Shown piece by piece: positions 38,428 to 46,884 of a stretch of 64,000 bases of DNA. Under the pieces are notes generated by a model that ran no database searches, was not told the DNA's origin, and worked only from the letters and a program-made list of their open reading frames with translations. Position 1 is the stretch's first letter. Each line of letters begins with the position of its first letter. The DNA comes from Candidatus Omnitrophota bacterium. GTDB lineage: Bacteria > Omnitrophota > Gorgyraeia > Gygaellales > Profunditerraquicolaceae. Both the position numbers and the translations under genes were made by a program. The stretch is taken from assembly GCA_028716965.1 (NCBI GenBank), contig JAQUOV010000004.1, positions 140,298 to 204,297 of the forward strand. The letters are read 5' to 3'.

Positions 38428-39200
38428 TGATAAACTGCTTGAGGTTACTGTTTATATTTTTGTTTTTGCCGCTGTCTCTTTTGGCAGAGGAGCAGCCCTG
38501 GCAGGTCTTTAAAAGCACGCATTTCCTTGTTTTTTATAAAGGCGCTAAAGAACCCCAGCTTAATGAGTTAACCGAAAGGGCCGAGGAGTATTATAATAAG
38601 ATTACCGATGATCTGGGTTTTGCCCGTTTTAACTTCTGGACCTGGGATGACCGGGCAAAGATATATTTGTCCGACAGCCAGGAAGAATACAGACAGTTGA
38701 CCGGCGACCCGGACTGGTCTGCGGGACATGCCCAGGCAGGCAGCAAACTTATCTATACATTTATTACTGCCCCGGGGTTCCTGGATAATGTCCTCGCCCA
38801 TGAAATGGCGCATATTATTTTCAGGGAGATGGTGGGATTTAATAACCCCGCTGTACCGCTTTGGCTTGATGAAGGGGTTGCATCCTTCCAGGAAAAAAAG
38901 TTCTCTTTTGTTAAGGCGGATTTAGCTGATAGAATAAGGCAGGGTGATTTCTTAAGCCTGGAAGACCTGGGTAAAGTTGATGTGGCCAATTTAACAGAGA
39001 CAGGCAGGGCAGAGTTGTTTTATGCGGAGTCATTCAGCCTGGTGCGGTATTTAATTGATACATTCGGCAAAGACAGGTTCGTACTTTTTTGCCAGAACCT
39101 GCGGGACTATAAAGACCTGCGCAGGGCTTTAGCGCTTACATATTCTTTTGGCAGCCTGGCGGAGTTTGAAAGCTCCTGGAAAAAATATATTCTTCAATGA
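38427..39200 (+). CDS. Secreted HExxH zinc-metallopeptidase-like protein (hypothetical) inserted in the dcw cluster
   Basis: Signal peptide (MINCLRLLFIFLFLPLSLLA) and HEMAH (HExxH) motif. No recognisable family otherwise. Start chosen at the internal ATG of ORF 38391..39200. Confidence 0.5.
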   Translation: MINCLRLLFIFLFLPLSLLAEEQPWQVFKSTHFLVFYKGAKEPQLNELTERAEEYYNKITDDLGFARFNFWTWDDRAKIYLSDSQEEYRQLTGDPDWSAGHAQAGSKLIYTFITAPGFLDNVLAHEMAHIIFREMVGFNNPAVPLWLDEGVASFQEKKFSFVKADLADRIRQGDFLSLEDLGKVDVANLTETGRAELFYAESFSLVRYLIDTFGKDRFVLFCQNLRDYKDLRRALALTYSFGSLAEFESSWKKYILQ

Positions 39201-40555
39201 ACGGATACTACCATTTCATAGGGATCGGCGGGATAGGGATGAGCGGGGTGGCGCACCTGATGCTTAAGGCGGGGGTCCCGGTCAGCGGTTCGGATTTGAA
39301 GCAGAGCCGGGTTACCGAGGAGCTCAAAAGGCTTGGCGCCAGGATATATATCGGCCATAATGCTGAAAATATAGACGGCCAAAGCGCCGTAGTTTATTCT
39401 TCAGCGATAAAAGAGGATAACCCCGAGATACTCCAAGCCAGGATCATGGGTATCCCGCTGCTTAAGAGGGCAGAGGCCCTGGCTTTGCTTATGCGCCAGA
39501 AGACCGCTATAGCTGTTGCCGGCAGCCATGGCAAGACTACTACCGCTTCGTTGATCTCTTATATGCTGCTTGAGGCAGGGCTTTGCCCGACGGCAGCCAT
39601 CGGCGGGATACTCAAGAATATTGATACCAACGCCTGTTTGGGCAGCGGCGAGTTTTTCGTAGCGGAGGCAGACGAATCAGACGGCTCATTCCTATGTTAT
39701 CAGCCCAAGTACTCCGTAATTACCAATATTGATTACGAGCATATGGATTATTACCATAATCTTGAGAATGAATTAAATGCTTTCAAGAATTTTCTAAAAT
39801 GCACTCAGCCGGGAGGCTGCGTTTTTGCCTGTTCAGACGACTCCAACCTTAAGGGGTTGTTTTCGGATTATAAAGAAAGAGTTGTTTTCTTCGGCTTGAA
39901 TGAACCTGCCGATATATGCGCCAGGAATATTGAACTTCGCGGTCTTACTTCGGACTTTGACTGTTATTCCAAAGGCAAATTTATCTGCCGGTTTCATCTG
40001 GCCCTGGGAGGAAGGCACAATATTTCTAATGCCCTGGCGGTTATCGGCCTGGGCCTTGAGCTGGGTATTGATTTAGCGCATATCCGCAGGACTTTGGAAG
40101 GATACAAAGGCGCAGGCCGCAGGCTGGAGATAAAATTTAAAAACGATAAATACCTGGTCCTGGATGATTACGCGCACCACCCCTCGGAAATAAAAGCCAC
40201 CCTGGCGGCGGTGGCTAATTTAAATGCCGGGCGCTTGATCGTAGTGTTCCAGCCGCACCGTTATAGCCGCACGCAGCTGCTTTTAAATGATTTTGCAGGT
40301 TCTTTTGAGCATGCCGATTACCTGATTGTTACGGATATTTATGCTGCCAGCGAGAAGCCGATAGACGGCATAGACGCTGCGGCATTGTTAAAAAAGATAA
40401 AGCAATACCAGCCTAAGAAGCAGGCGGTATATATGGATAAAGAAGCAATAACGGAGTTTCTTCTGCGTTTTATGCAAAGCGGCGACCTGGTAATTACTTT
40501 AGGCGCCGGGGATATCGTGAGGACCGCCGATGTTTTGGCCGAAAAGCTTAAATAA
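39197..40555 (+). CDS. murC: UDP-N-acetylmuramate--L-alanine ligase
   Basis: IGIGGIGMSG and GSHGKTTT Mur ligase motifs. Confidence 0.95.
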   Translation: MNGYYHFIGIGGIGMSGVAHLMLKAGVPVSGSDLKQSRVTEELKRLGARIYIGHNAENIDGQSAVVYSSAIKEDNPEILQARIMGIPLLKRAEALALLMRQKTAIAVAGSHGKTTTASLISYMLLEAGLCPTAAIGGILKNIDTNACLGSGEFFVAEADESDGSFLCYQPKYSVITNIDYEHMDYYHNLENELNAFKNFLKCTQPGGCVFACSDDSNLKGLFSDYKERVVFFGLNEPADICARNIELRGLTSDFDCYSKGKFICRFHLALGGRHNISNALAVIGLGLELGIDLAHIRRTLEGYKGAGRRLEIKFKNDKYLVLDDYAHHPSEIKATLAAVANLNAGRLIVVFQPHRYSRTQLLLNDFAGSFEHADYLIVTDIYAASEKPIDGIDAAALLKKIKQYQPKKQAVYMDKEAITEFLLRFMQSGDLVITLGAGDIVRTADVLAEKLK

Positions 40556-41411
40556 AAGAATAAAAACCGGAATAAAACTGGCCGCTTTAACAAGCTTTAA
40601 AGTCGGAGGCGCGGCAAAGTTTTTCTTTGAGGCGGAGAATATTAAAGAATTGCAGGAGGTATTGATTTTCGCCGGGCGCGCGGGGATCCCGGTCTTTATA
40701 TTAGGCGCAGGCAGTAATATTTTAGTCAGCGATGCGGGATTGGACGCTTTAGTGATCAAGCTGGGAGGAGAATTCTCAAAAATATTGTATAAGGATGGAA
40801 CTTGCCTGGAAGCAGGAGGCGCCGTTAAGCTAAGCCAGCTTATTTTGGGCGCAAAAGCCAATGGTTTATCCGGTCTGGAGTTTCTTGCGGGGATCCCCGG
40901 TACATTGGGAGGGGCCCTGGCAGGCAATGCCGGTTCCTGGGGCAGGTCAATAGGCTCTTTTGTGCAAGAGGTGCGCGTTTTAGATTACAGCGGTAAGCCC
41001 AGGTCCTTTAATACAAAGAAACTGAAGTTTTCGTATCGCAAGTCAAACTTGAATAAATATATTATCATCTCCTCCAGGCTTAAATTGCGCAAGGCAGATA
41101 AAGATGCGATTGCTTCAAAGATCAGAAAATACCTTTCAGCGAAGAAAAGGGCCCAGGGGGATAGCCTGCCCAGCGCAGGGTGTATTTTCAAGAATCCCGG
41201 GAAGCATCCTGCCGGAAAACTTATTGATGCCTGCGGTTTAAAAGGGGGCGCAAAAGGCGGGGCAGTGATCTCTAAAGCCCACGCGAATTTTATCCTGAAT
41301 AAAGGAAGGGCTTCCAGCGGGGATATCCAGTTTCTCATGCACTTGATGCAAAAAAAAGTGAAAGAAAAATTCAAAATTGATTTGCAGCCTGAAATAATAA
41401 TATGGAGATGA
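40530..41411 (+). CDS. murB: UDP-N-acetylenolpyruvoylglucosamine reductase
   Basis: FAD-binding domain with the GGGSN motif and a MurB C-terminal domain. Confidence 0.85.
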   Translation: MFWPKSLNKRIKTGIKLAALTSFKVGGAAKFFFEAENIKELQEVLIFAGRAGIPVFILGAGSNILVSDAGLDALVIKLGGEFSKILYKDGTCLEAGGAVKLSQLILGAKANGLSGLEFLAGIPGTLGGALAGNAGSWGRSIGSFVQEVRVLDYSGKPRSFNTKKLKFSYRKSNLNKYIIISSRLKLRKADKDAIASKIRKYLSAKKRAQGDSLPSAGCIFKNPGKHPAGKLIDACGLKGGAKGGAVISKAHANFILNKGRASSGDIQFLMHLMQKKVKEKFKIDLQPEIIIWR

Positions 41412-42346
41412 AAGAGTTCGGCAGGGTAGGGGTTTTAATGGGCGGCCCTTCTTCGGAGAGGGAGATATCCTTTAAAAGCGGCAAGGCAGTTTTATCGGCG
41501 CTTAGGGATTCGGGGGTAGAAGCGGCGGGTATTGATATTGTCACCGATAATAGAGAAGATAATATTCGCCTGCTGGATAGTTATAATCTGGACTGCGCCT
41601 TTATCGCCCTGCACGGACGCTTTGGCGAGGATGGCGCTATCCAGGAGATCTTGGAGCAGCTAAACTTACCTTATACCGGCTCCGGGGTAAATGCCAGCCG
41701 CCTGGCCATGGATAAGATAGGGGCATTAAGGATTTTTGAGGCGGGCAAGCTTTATGTACCCAGGTCACAATCCCTGGGAAGATCAGCTTATAATAAAAAC
41801 AAGGATTTTAAAAACGAGCTGGGATTCCCGCTTGTGGTAAAGCCGGCCAACCACGGTTCCAGTATCGGTCTTTCAATTGTGGAGTTTGAAGAAGCGATGC
41901 CGGCGGCTATAAGCCTGGCTTTCCAGTTTGATGAACGGATAGTTATTGAAGAATATATCCCGGGCAGGGAATTGACGGTCGGCGTTTTAGATGAAACGGC
42001 CCTTCCGGTAATTGAGATTGTGCCTAAACATAAATTCTTTGATTTTGAAGCAAAGTACCAGGCAGGGCTGACGGATTATATCGTCCCGGCTGCTTTGGAT
42101 GAAAAGGCTGCCCGTAAGGTTCAGCAGGCAGCCTTGGAGGCACATAAGCTTTTAGGCTGTTTCGGCTGTTCGCGCACGGATATCATATTAAGCAGGGATA
42201 ACCTGTCTTATGTGCTGGAGACCAATACCATACCCGGGATGACCTCCACCAGCCTGCTGCCTAAAGCCGCCAGGATCATAGGTATTGATTTTAACCGGTT
42301 GTGCCTTAAACTATTGGAATTAGCTTATGAAAAAGAAAAAGTTTAA
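41402..42346 (+). CDS. ddl: D-alanine--D-alanine ligase
   Basis: ATP-grasp fold with Ddl N- and C-terminal motifs. Confidence 0.9.
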   Translation: MEMKEFGRVGVLMGGPSSEREISFKSGKAVLSALRDSGVEAAGIDIVTDNREDNIRLLDSYNLDCAFIALHGRFGEDGAIQEILEQLNLPYTGSGVNASRLAMDKIGALRIFEAGKLYVPRSQSLGRSAYNKNKDFKNELGFPLVVKPANHGSSIGLSIVEFEEAMPAAISLAFQFDERIVIEEYIPGRELTVGVLDETALPVIEIVPKHKFFDFEAKYQAGLTDYIVPAALDEKAARKVQQAALEAHKLLGCFGCSRTDIILSRDNLSYVLETNTIPGMTSTSLLPKAARIIGIDFNRLCLKLLELAYEKEKV

Positions 42347-43115
42347 ATTGCCCCTGGCCGCTATTTTTATCCCGGTAATAATTTTACTTGCCATCTCTTT
42401 ATTATTGGGATATATTTGGAAAGTCTTGACTACCTCTGATTTTTTTTCGGTCAAACAGGTCTTTGTCAGGAATTCCGCTGAATCATTTGAGTATTTAAAA
42501 GGCAGGAACATGTTTGACCTGGAACTGAATAATGAATCGGCAAAGGCTTTATCGCATTGCCCGGATTGCCATAGGGTAAGGTTTTTAAGGATACTGCCGA
42601 ATTACCTGATTGTAGATTTTGTAAAGAGGCAGCCGGTTGCTCTGGTTAAATTTTATAAAAACTACGCCGTAGACCAGCAGGGGGTATTTTTTAACCCTAC
42701 AGGTTCTGAAGAAGAGGCGGCTTTACCCGTAATTTATGGCCTGGAGACAAAAATATTCGGGCCAAAACCGGGAGTAAAATATAACCGGCCGGAGCTTGAT
42801 TTAGCCTTGAATATCATTAAAGATTTTAAGGCGAATAGAGCATTGCGCACTTTTACCCTGAAGAGAATCGATGTCTCAAGCCTGCAGAGCGCGGGATTAT
42901 TCGTGCTCTTGCCTAAACAGGCTGTTGATTATACCAAGCGCATCCCGCAGGTGGAGTGGCTGGGTTTTGAGGTGCGTATCGGAGAAGGCAATATTAAGCA
43001 GAAGCTGATGATTTTAGGCGGCTTGCTTATGCAGCCGGATAAAGAGTGGGTAAATATCAAATATATCGACCTTAGGTTTAACGAACCGGTGATAAAACTG
43101 GACAATAAGAATTGA
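42327..43115 (+). CDS. ftsQ: Cell division protein FtsQ (POTRA domain)
   Basis: Bitopic membrane protein between ddl and ftsA. Confidence 0.7.
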   Translation: MKKKKFKLPLAAIFIPVIILLAISLLLGYIWKVLTTSDFFSVKQVFVRNSAESFEYLKGRNMFDLELNNESAKALSHCPDCHRVRFLRILPNYLIVDFVKRQPVALVKFYKNYAVDQQGVFFNPTGSEEEAALPVIYGLETKIFGPKPGVKYNRPELDLALNIIKDFKANRALRTFTLKRIDVSSLQSAGLFVLLPKQAVDYTKRIPQVEWLGFEVRIGEGNIKQKLMILGGLLMQPDKEWVNIKYIDLRFNEPVIKLDNKN

Positions 43116-43157
43116 CCTGCGGGAAAAGTTTACCGGTAAACAGCGGACAAGAAAATA

Positions 43158-44414
43158 ATGTTGAATAATAACTATATATGCGCGGTAGATATCGGTTCAA
43201 ATAAAATTGCAGCCAGCCTTGCGCAGATAAGAAAAAACCGCATAGAGAATATTTTTTTTGATACTATTCTTTCCGGCGGCGTTAAAGAAGGGGTGATTGT
43301 TGACGCGCTGGAGTTGATCTCCTGCCTGAGCAAGGTCCTGAAGAGCTTAAAGGCTAAATCCGGTTTAAAAATTAAATTTATCCATACTAATTTCTCAGGC
43401 AAGGGGATATCCACCAGGCACAGCCACGCAATTATCCCTTTGGCAGAAAGAGGAAACAAGGTAATTACCTCTACGGATATAGCTAATGCCAATGAGCAGG
43501 CGCGAATCCTCGGTTCAAGCCTGGAGGAGGAGATTATACATGTAATTCCGTCCAGCTATTCCATTGATTCCAAGAATAATGTAATCAACCCTGTTGGCCT
43601 ATATAGCCATAAGCTGGAGGCGGATTTATTCCTGATCTGTGCCAAGCTTTCTTCTTTACAAAGCTTAAGCCGCGCTGTCAGCCAGGCAGGGTATGAGATA
43701 AGGGACCTTTCTTTTTCCGGGCTGGCGACAAGCAAAGCGGTTTTTGGTAAAGAAGAAAAAAAAGGGTTAAGCGTATTTTGCGATATCGGCAGCGATATCA
43801 CGGACCTGCTTATTTTTAAAGACGGGCTGTTGCAGGATATACAGGTCCTGCCGTTAGGCGGCAATAGCTTGACGCTCCAGCTTTCTGAAGGCCTGAAGAT
43901 CAATTGTGAACTGGCCGAGGACATTAAGCGCTCCTATGGAGTTATCGGCGATGCCGGTACTATCCCCGAAGACAAAGAAATACTGGTGAAGAAAGATGAA
44001 TTTTACAAGCCCATAAAATACAGGCATGTGGCCCAAATGGCTACTGATTCCAGCCGCTTAATCTGCACGCAGATCAAGGAGGTCGTGGAGAAAAAGGTCG
44101 CGCTTCATGAAATTGACCATTTCGTGATGGCCGGCAGGACCCTGTTGAGCGACGGCTTCATTGAGATGATGGAGAATGTAATGGGTATACAGGTAAAGAT
44201 CGGCCGTATCCGCAACGCGCAGGTCTCCTCTTTATTAAAGGAGCACAGCGAGTTGTCCGGTCAGAAATATCTGACCTATTTGACCTGTATCGGCATGGCC
44301 TGCGAAGACCTGGAGAATAAAACCGTAGGAAGCGCCTCTTTAGTCAGGCCTGCCCAAAACCTGCTGGCCAGGTTAATAAACCGTTTTAAAGAAGTTTACC
44401 AGGAATATTTCTAA
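43158..44414 (+). CDS. ftsA: Cell division protein FtsA
   Basis: Actin/ASKHA fold (VDIGSNKI...DIGSDITDL). Confidence 0.9.
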   Translation: MLNNNYICAVDIGSNKIAASLAQIRKNRIENIFFDTILSGGVKEGVIVDALELISCLSKVLKSLKAKSGLKIKFIHTNFSGKGISTRHSHAIIPLAERGNKVITSTDIANANEQARILGSSLEEEIIHVIPSSYSIDSKNNVINPVGLYSHKLEADLFLICAKLSSLQSLSRAVSQAGYEIRDLSFSGLATSKAVFGKEEKKGLSVFCDIGSDITDLLIFKDGLLQDIQVLPLGGNSLTLQLSEGLKINCELAEDIKRSYGVIGDAGTIPEDKEILVKKDEFYKPIKYRHVAQMATDSSRLICTQIKEVVEKKVALHEIDHFVMAGRTLLSDGFIEMMENVMGIQVKIGRIRNAQVSSLLKEHSELSGQKYLTYLTCIGMACEDLENKTVGSASLVRPAQNLLARLINRFKEVYQEYF

Positions 44415-44482
44415 AAATTAGGGGGTGCTCCTATTTCTTTTGAATCTTAATGATGAAGGAATAGAAGCGCCCCCTAATTCCA

Positions 44483-44511
44483 TTGACCCTCTTAAGTTTA
44501 TTGTGTATAAT
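44483..44511 (+). promoter_or_regulatory. Promoter upstream of yggS (TTGACC-17-TATAAT)
   Basis: TTGACC at 44483-44488, TATAAT at 44506-44511. Preceded by a long imperfect hairpin at 44418-44477. Confidence 0.55.
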
Positions 44512-44525
44512 ACATACTTTAGCTT

Positions 44526-45176
44526 ATGATTAAAGAGAATATCTTAAGGGTTAATCAGCGTATCGCCGCTGTTTGCGACAGGATTAAAACTGACCCGCAG
44601 AAGATTATACTGGTTTGCGTAACTAAGGGCAGGCCGGTTGAGCAGATACGGGAAGCAGTTAATTCCGGCCTTAAATATCTCGGAGAAAACAGGGTGCAGG
44701 AGGCCAAGGGTAAATATATGCATATACCCGAGGCGCAGTGGCAGATGGTCGGGCATCTGCAGATGAATAAAGTAAAAGATGCTTTAAAGATATTTAACCT
44801 GATCCATTCCGTAGACAGCATTGCGCTGGCGCAGGAGATCAATAAACAGGCAGTTAAAATCAATAAAATCCAGGATATCCTGCTTGAGGTTAAAACATCT
44901 CCTGAAGTTACGAAATCCGGCTTTAAACCTGAAGCGCTCCCGGATGCCTGCGGGGCGATTTTGAGCCTGGGCAATCTTAGGGTTAAAGGGTTGATGACGA
45001 TCGCACCTGCCGCGGATAAAGCTGAAGATACCCGGCAGTATTTTGCTAAACTCAAGGCATTACGCGACAAGCTTAATCCTTCCTGGGTACTTTCCATGGG
45101 GATGACGGATGATTTTGAGGTAGCGATAGAAGAGGGCGCAGATATAATCCGGCTGGGAAGGGCAATTTTTGGGTAA
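44526..45176 (+). CDS. yggS: PLP homeostasis protein YggS/PLPBP
   Basis: Alanine-racemase N-terminal-like TIM barrel (…VTKGRPVE…GENRVQE…). Confidence 0.85.
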   Translation: MIKENILRVNQRIAAVCDRIKTDPQKIILVCVTKGRPVEQIREAVNSGLKYLGENRVQEAKGKYMHIPEAQWQMVGHLQMNKVKDALKIFNLIHSVDSIALAQEINKQAVKINKIQDILLEVKTSPEVTKSGFKPEALPDACGAILSLGNLRVKGLMTIAPAADKAEDTRQYFAKLKALRDKLNPSWVLSMGMTDDFEVAIEEGADIIRLGRAIFG

Positions 45177-45181
45177 GGTAT

Positions 45182-46021
45182 ATGCCAGAGACAAAGAAGA
45201 GGTTGGGTATAATTGGTTTTGGGAATATGGGAAGCAGTATCGCCGAAGGCGCGCGTTCCCTGTTTGAAATATCCGTATTTGATAAAGATAAACAGAAGCT
45301 GGCCGATAGCCGGGGGCTAAAGACCGAAACTCAAATTTCCGGTTTAATGAACAACTCCGATGCCGTAATGCTGGCGGTAAAACCGCAGGATTTTGATGCG
45401 TTACTTGTTGAGATCAAGCCTTATATCCAGGGTAAATTAATACTTAGCATTGCCGCCGGGATAACTACGGGTTACATTGAAAAGGTTTTGAATGGAGCCA
45501 GGGTGGTCAGGGCAATGCCGAATCTGGCGGTAAAGATATTAGCGGCAGAGACCGGCCTATCCAGAGGCAAATATGCCAAAGAGGAGGACCTGGATTTGGC
45601 GAAAAAAATATTCGCCCAGCTGGGTAAAATCTGGGTAGTAGAAGAAGGGATGCTTGATTCCATCACCGCCATTTCAGGAAGCGGGCCGGCTTATATTCTT
45701 TATGATATGGAAATTAATAAATTAGACCCTTTGAATATTCCGGTTGAGAAAAAAAACGATTATATAAAATGGTTAAAACAGGCAGCATTGGAAGTCGGGT
45801 TTGACCCTAAAATGGCTTTTGATCTGGCTGTCTGCACAACTGCTTCCAGCATACAGCTTTCGGCGCAAGCAGGAAATTCTCCGGCGCAGTTGCGTAAAAT
45901 GATCACCTCTGCCGGAGGCACGACGGAGGCAGCGATTAAAGTTTTGTCTATGAATGGTTCATGGGCTGAGGCGGCGCAGGCTGCCAGGAAACGCGCAAAA
46001 GAATTATCAAGGGAGGAATAG
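45182..46021 (+). CDS. proC: Pyrroline-5-carboxylate reductase
   Basis: GIIGFGNMGSSI Rossmann motif and a C-terminal P5CR dimerisation domain. Confidence 0.85.
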   Translation: MPETKKRLGIIGFGNMGSSIAEGARSLFEISVFDKDKQKLADSRGLKTETQISGLMNNSDAVMLAVKPQDFDALLVEIKPYIQGKLILSIAAGITTGYIEKVLNGARVVRAMPNLAVKILAAETGLSRGKYAKEEDLDLAKKIFAQLGKIWVVEEGMLDSITAISGSGPAYILYDMEINKLDPLNIPVEKKNDYIKWLKQAALEVGFDPKMAFDLAVCTTASSIQLSAQAGNSPAQLRKMITSAGGTTEAAIKVLSMNGSWAEAAQAARKRAKELSREE

Positions 46022-46023
46022 CT

Positions 46024-46884
46024 ATGCCGCGAATCGGGATTATCGGTGGAAGTGGATTGTATAAAATCGAGGGGATGGAGGTTATAAAAAAGGTAAGCCT
46101 GAAGACTCCTTTCGGCAGGCCTTCGGACAGCCTTACCATCGGCAGGCTGGAGGGCAAGGAGGTAGTTTTTCTGCCGCGCCACGGGGTGGGGCACCGCATA
46201 TCCCCGAGCGCAATAAATTACCGCGCAAATATTTTCGCGATGAAGAAATTAGATGTGGAACGGATCATCTCGGTGACTGCCTGCGGCAGCTTAAGGGAGG
46301 AGATGAAGCCCCTGGATTTCGTGGTAGTGGACCAGTTTGTGGACCGCACCAACCATGCCCGGAATATGAGTTTTTTTGACCAGGGGATCGTCAGCCATAT
46401 TGTTTTCAGCCATCCGGTCTGCCCGGACCTTTGCGCGCAGATATATTCGGCCGGAAAATCCCTGGATTTGACCATGCACAAAAGCGGAACATATATTAAT
46501 ATGGAAGGCCCGCAATTTTCAACTTTGGCAGAGAGCAGGCTTTACCGCAGCTGGGGTATGGATGTGATCGGGATGACCAATATGGCCGAAGCCAGGCTTA
46601 GCCGCGAAGCAGAGATATGCTATTCTACGCTGGCCTGTATTACGGACTATGATTGCTGGCACCCGGAGCATGCAAGCGTAACTTTGGATATGGTCATCAG
46701 CAACCTGCAGAAGAATGTGGAAAATGCCAAGAAGGTTATTTGCAAAGTGATCAAGGGGATAAACCAGGAACGCAGGTGCAGCTGCGGCAAGGCGCTGGAG
46801 TTTGCCATTGTCACAGATAAAAAACTTATCCCCTCAAGGGTGAAAAGGGACTTAAATATAATTATAGGAAAATACATAAAATGA
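46024..46884 (+). CDS. mtnP: S-methyl-5'-thioadenosine phosphorylase
   Basis: IGIIGGSGLY start and PNP/MTAP family fold. Confidence 0.8.
   Translation: MPRIGIIGGSGLYKIEGMEVIKKVSLKTPFGRPSDSLTIGRLEGKEVVFLPRHGVGHRISPSAINYRANIFAMKKLDVERIISVTACGSLREEMKPLDFVVVDQFVDRTNHARNMSFFDQGIVSHIVFSHPVCPDLCAQIYSAGKSLDLTMHKSGTYINMEGPQFSTLAESRLYRSWGMDVIGMTNMAEARLSREAEICYSTLACITDYDCWHPEHASVTLDMVISNLQKNVENAKKVICKVIKGINQERRCSCGKALEFAIVTDKKLIPSRVKRDLNIIIGKYIK

Noticed and set aside
44555-45097. 180-aa minus-strand ORF
   Set aside because: Antisense to yggS. Shadow ORF.
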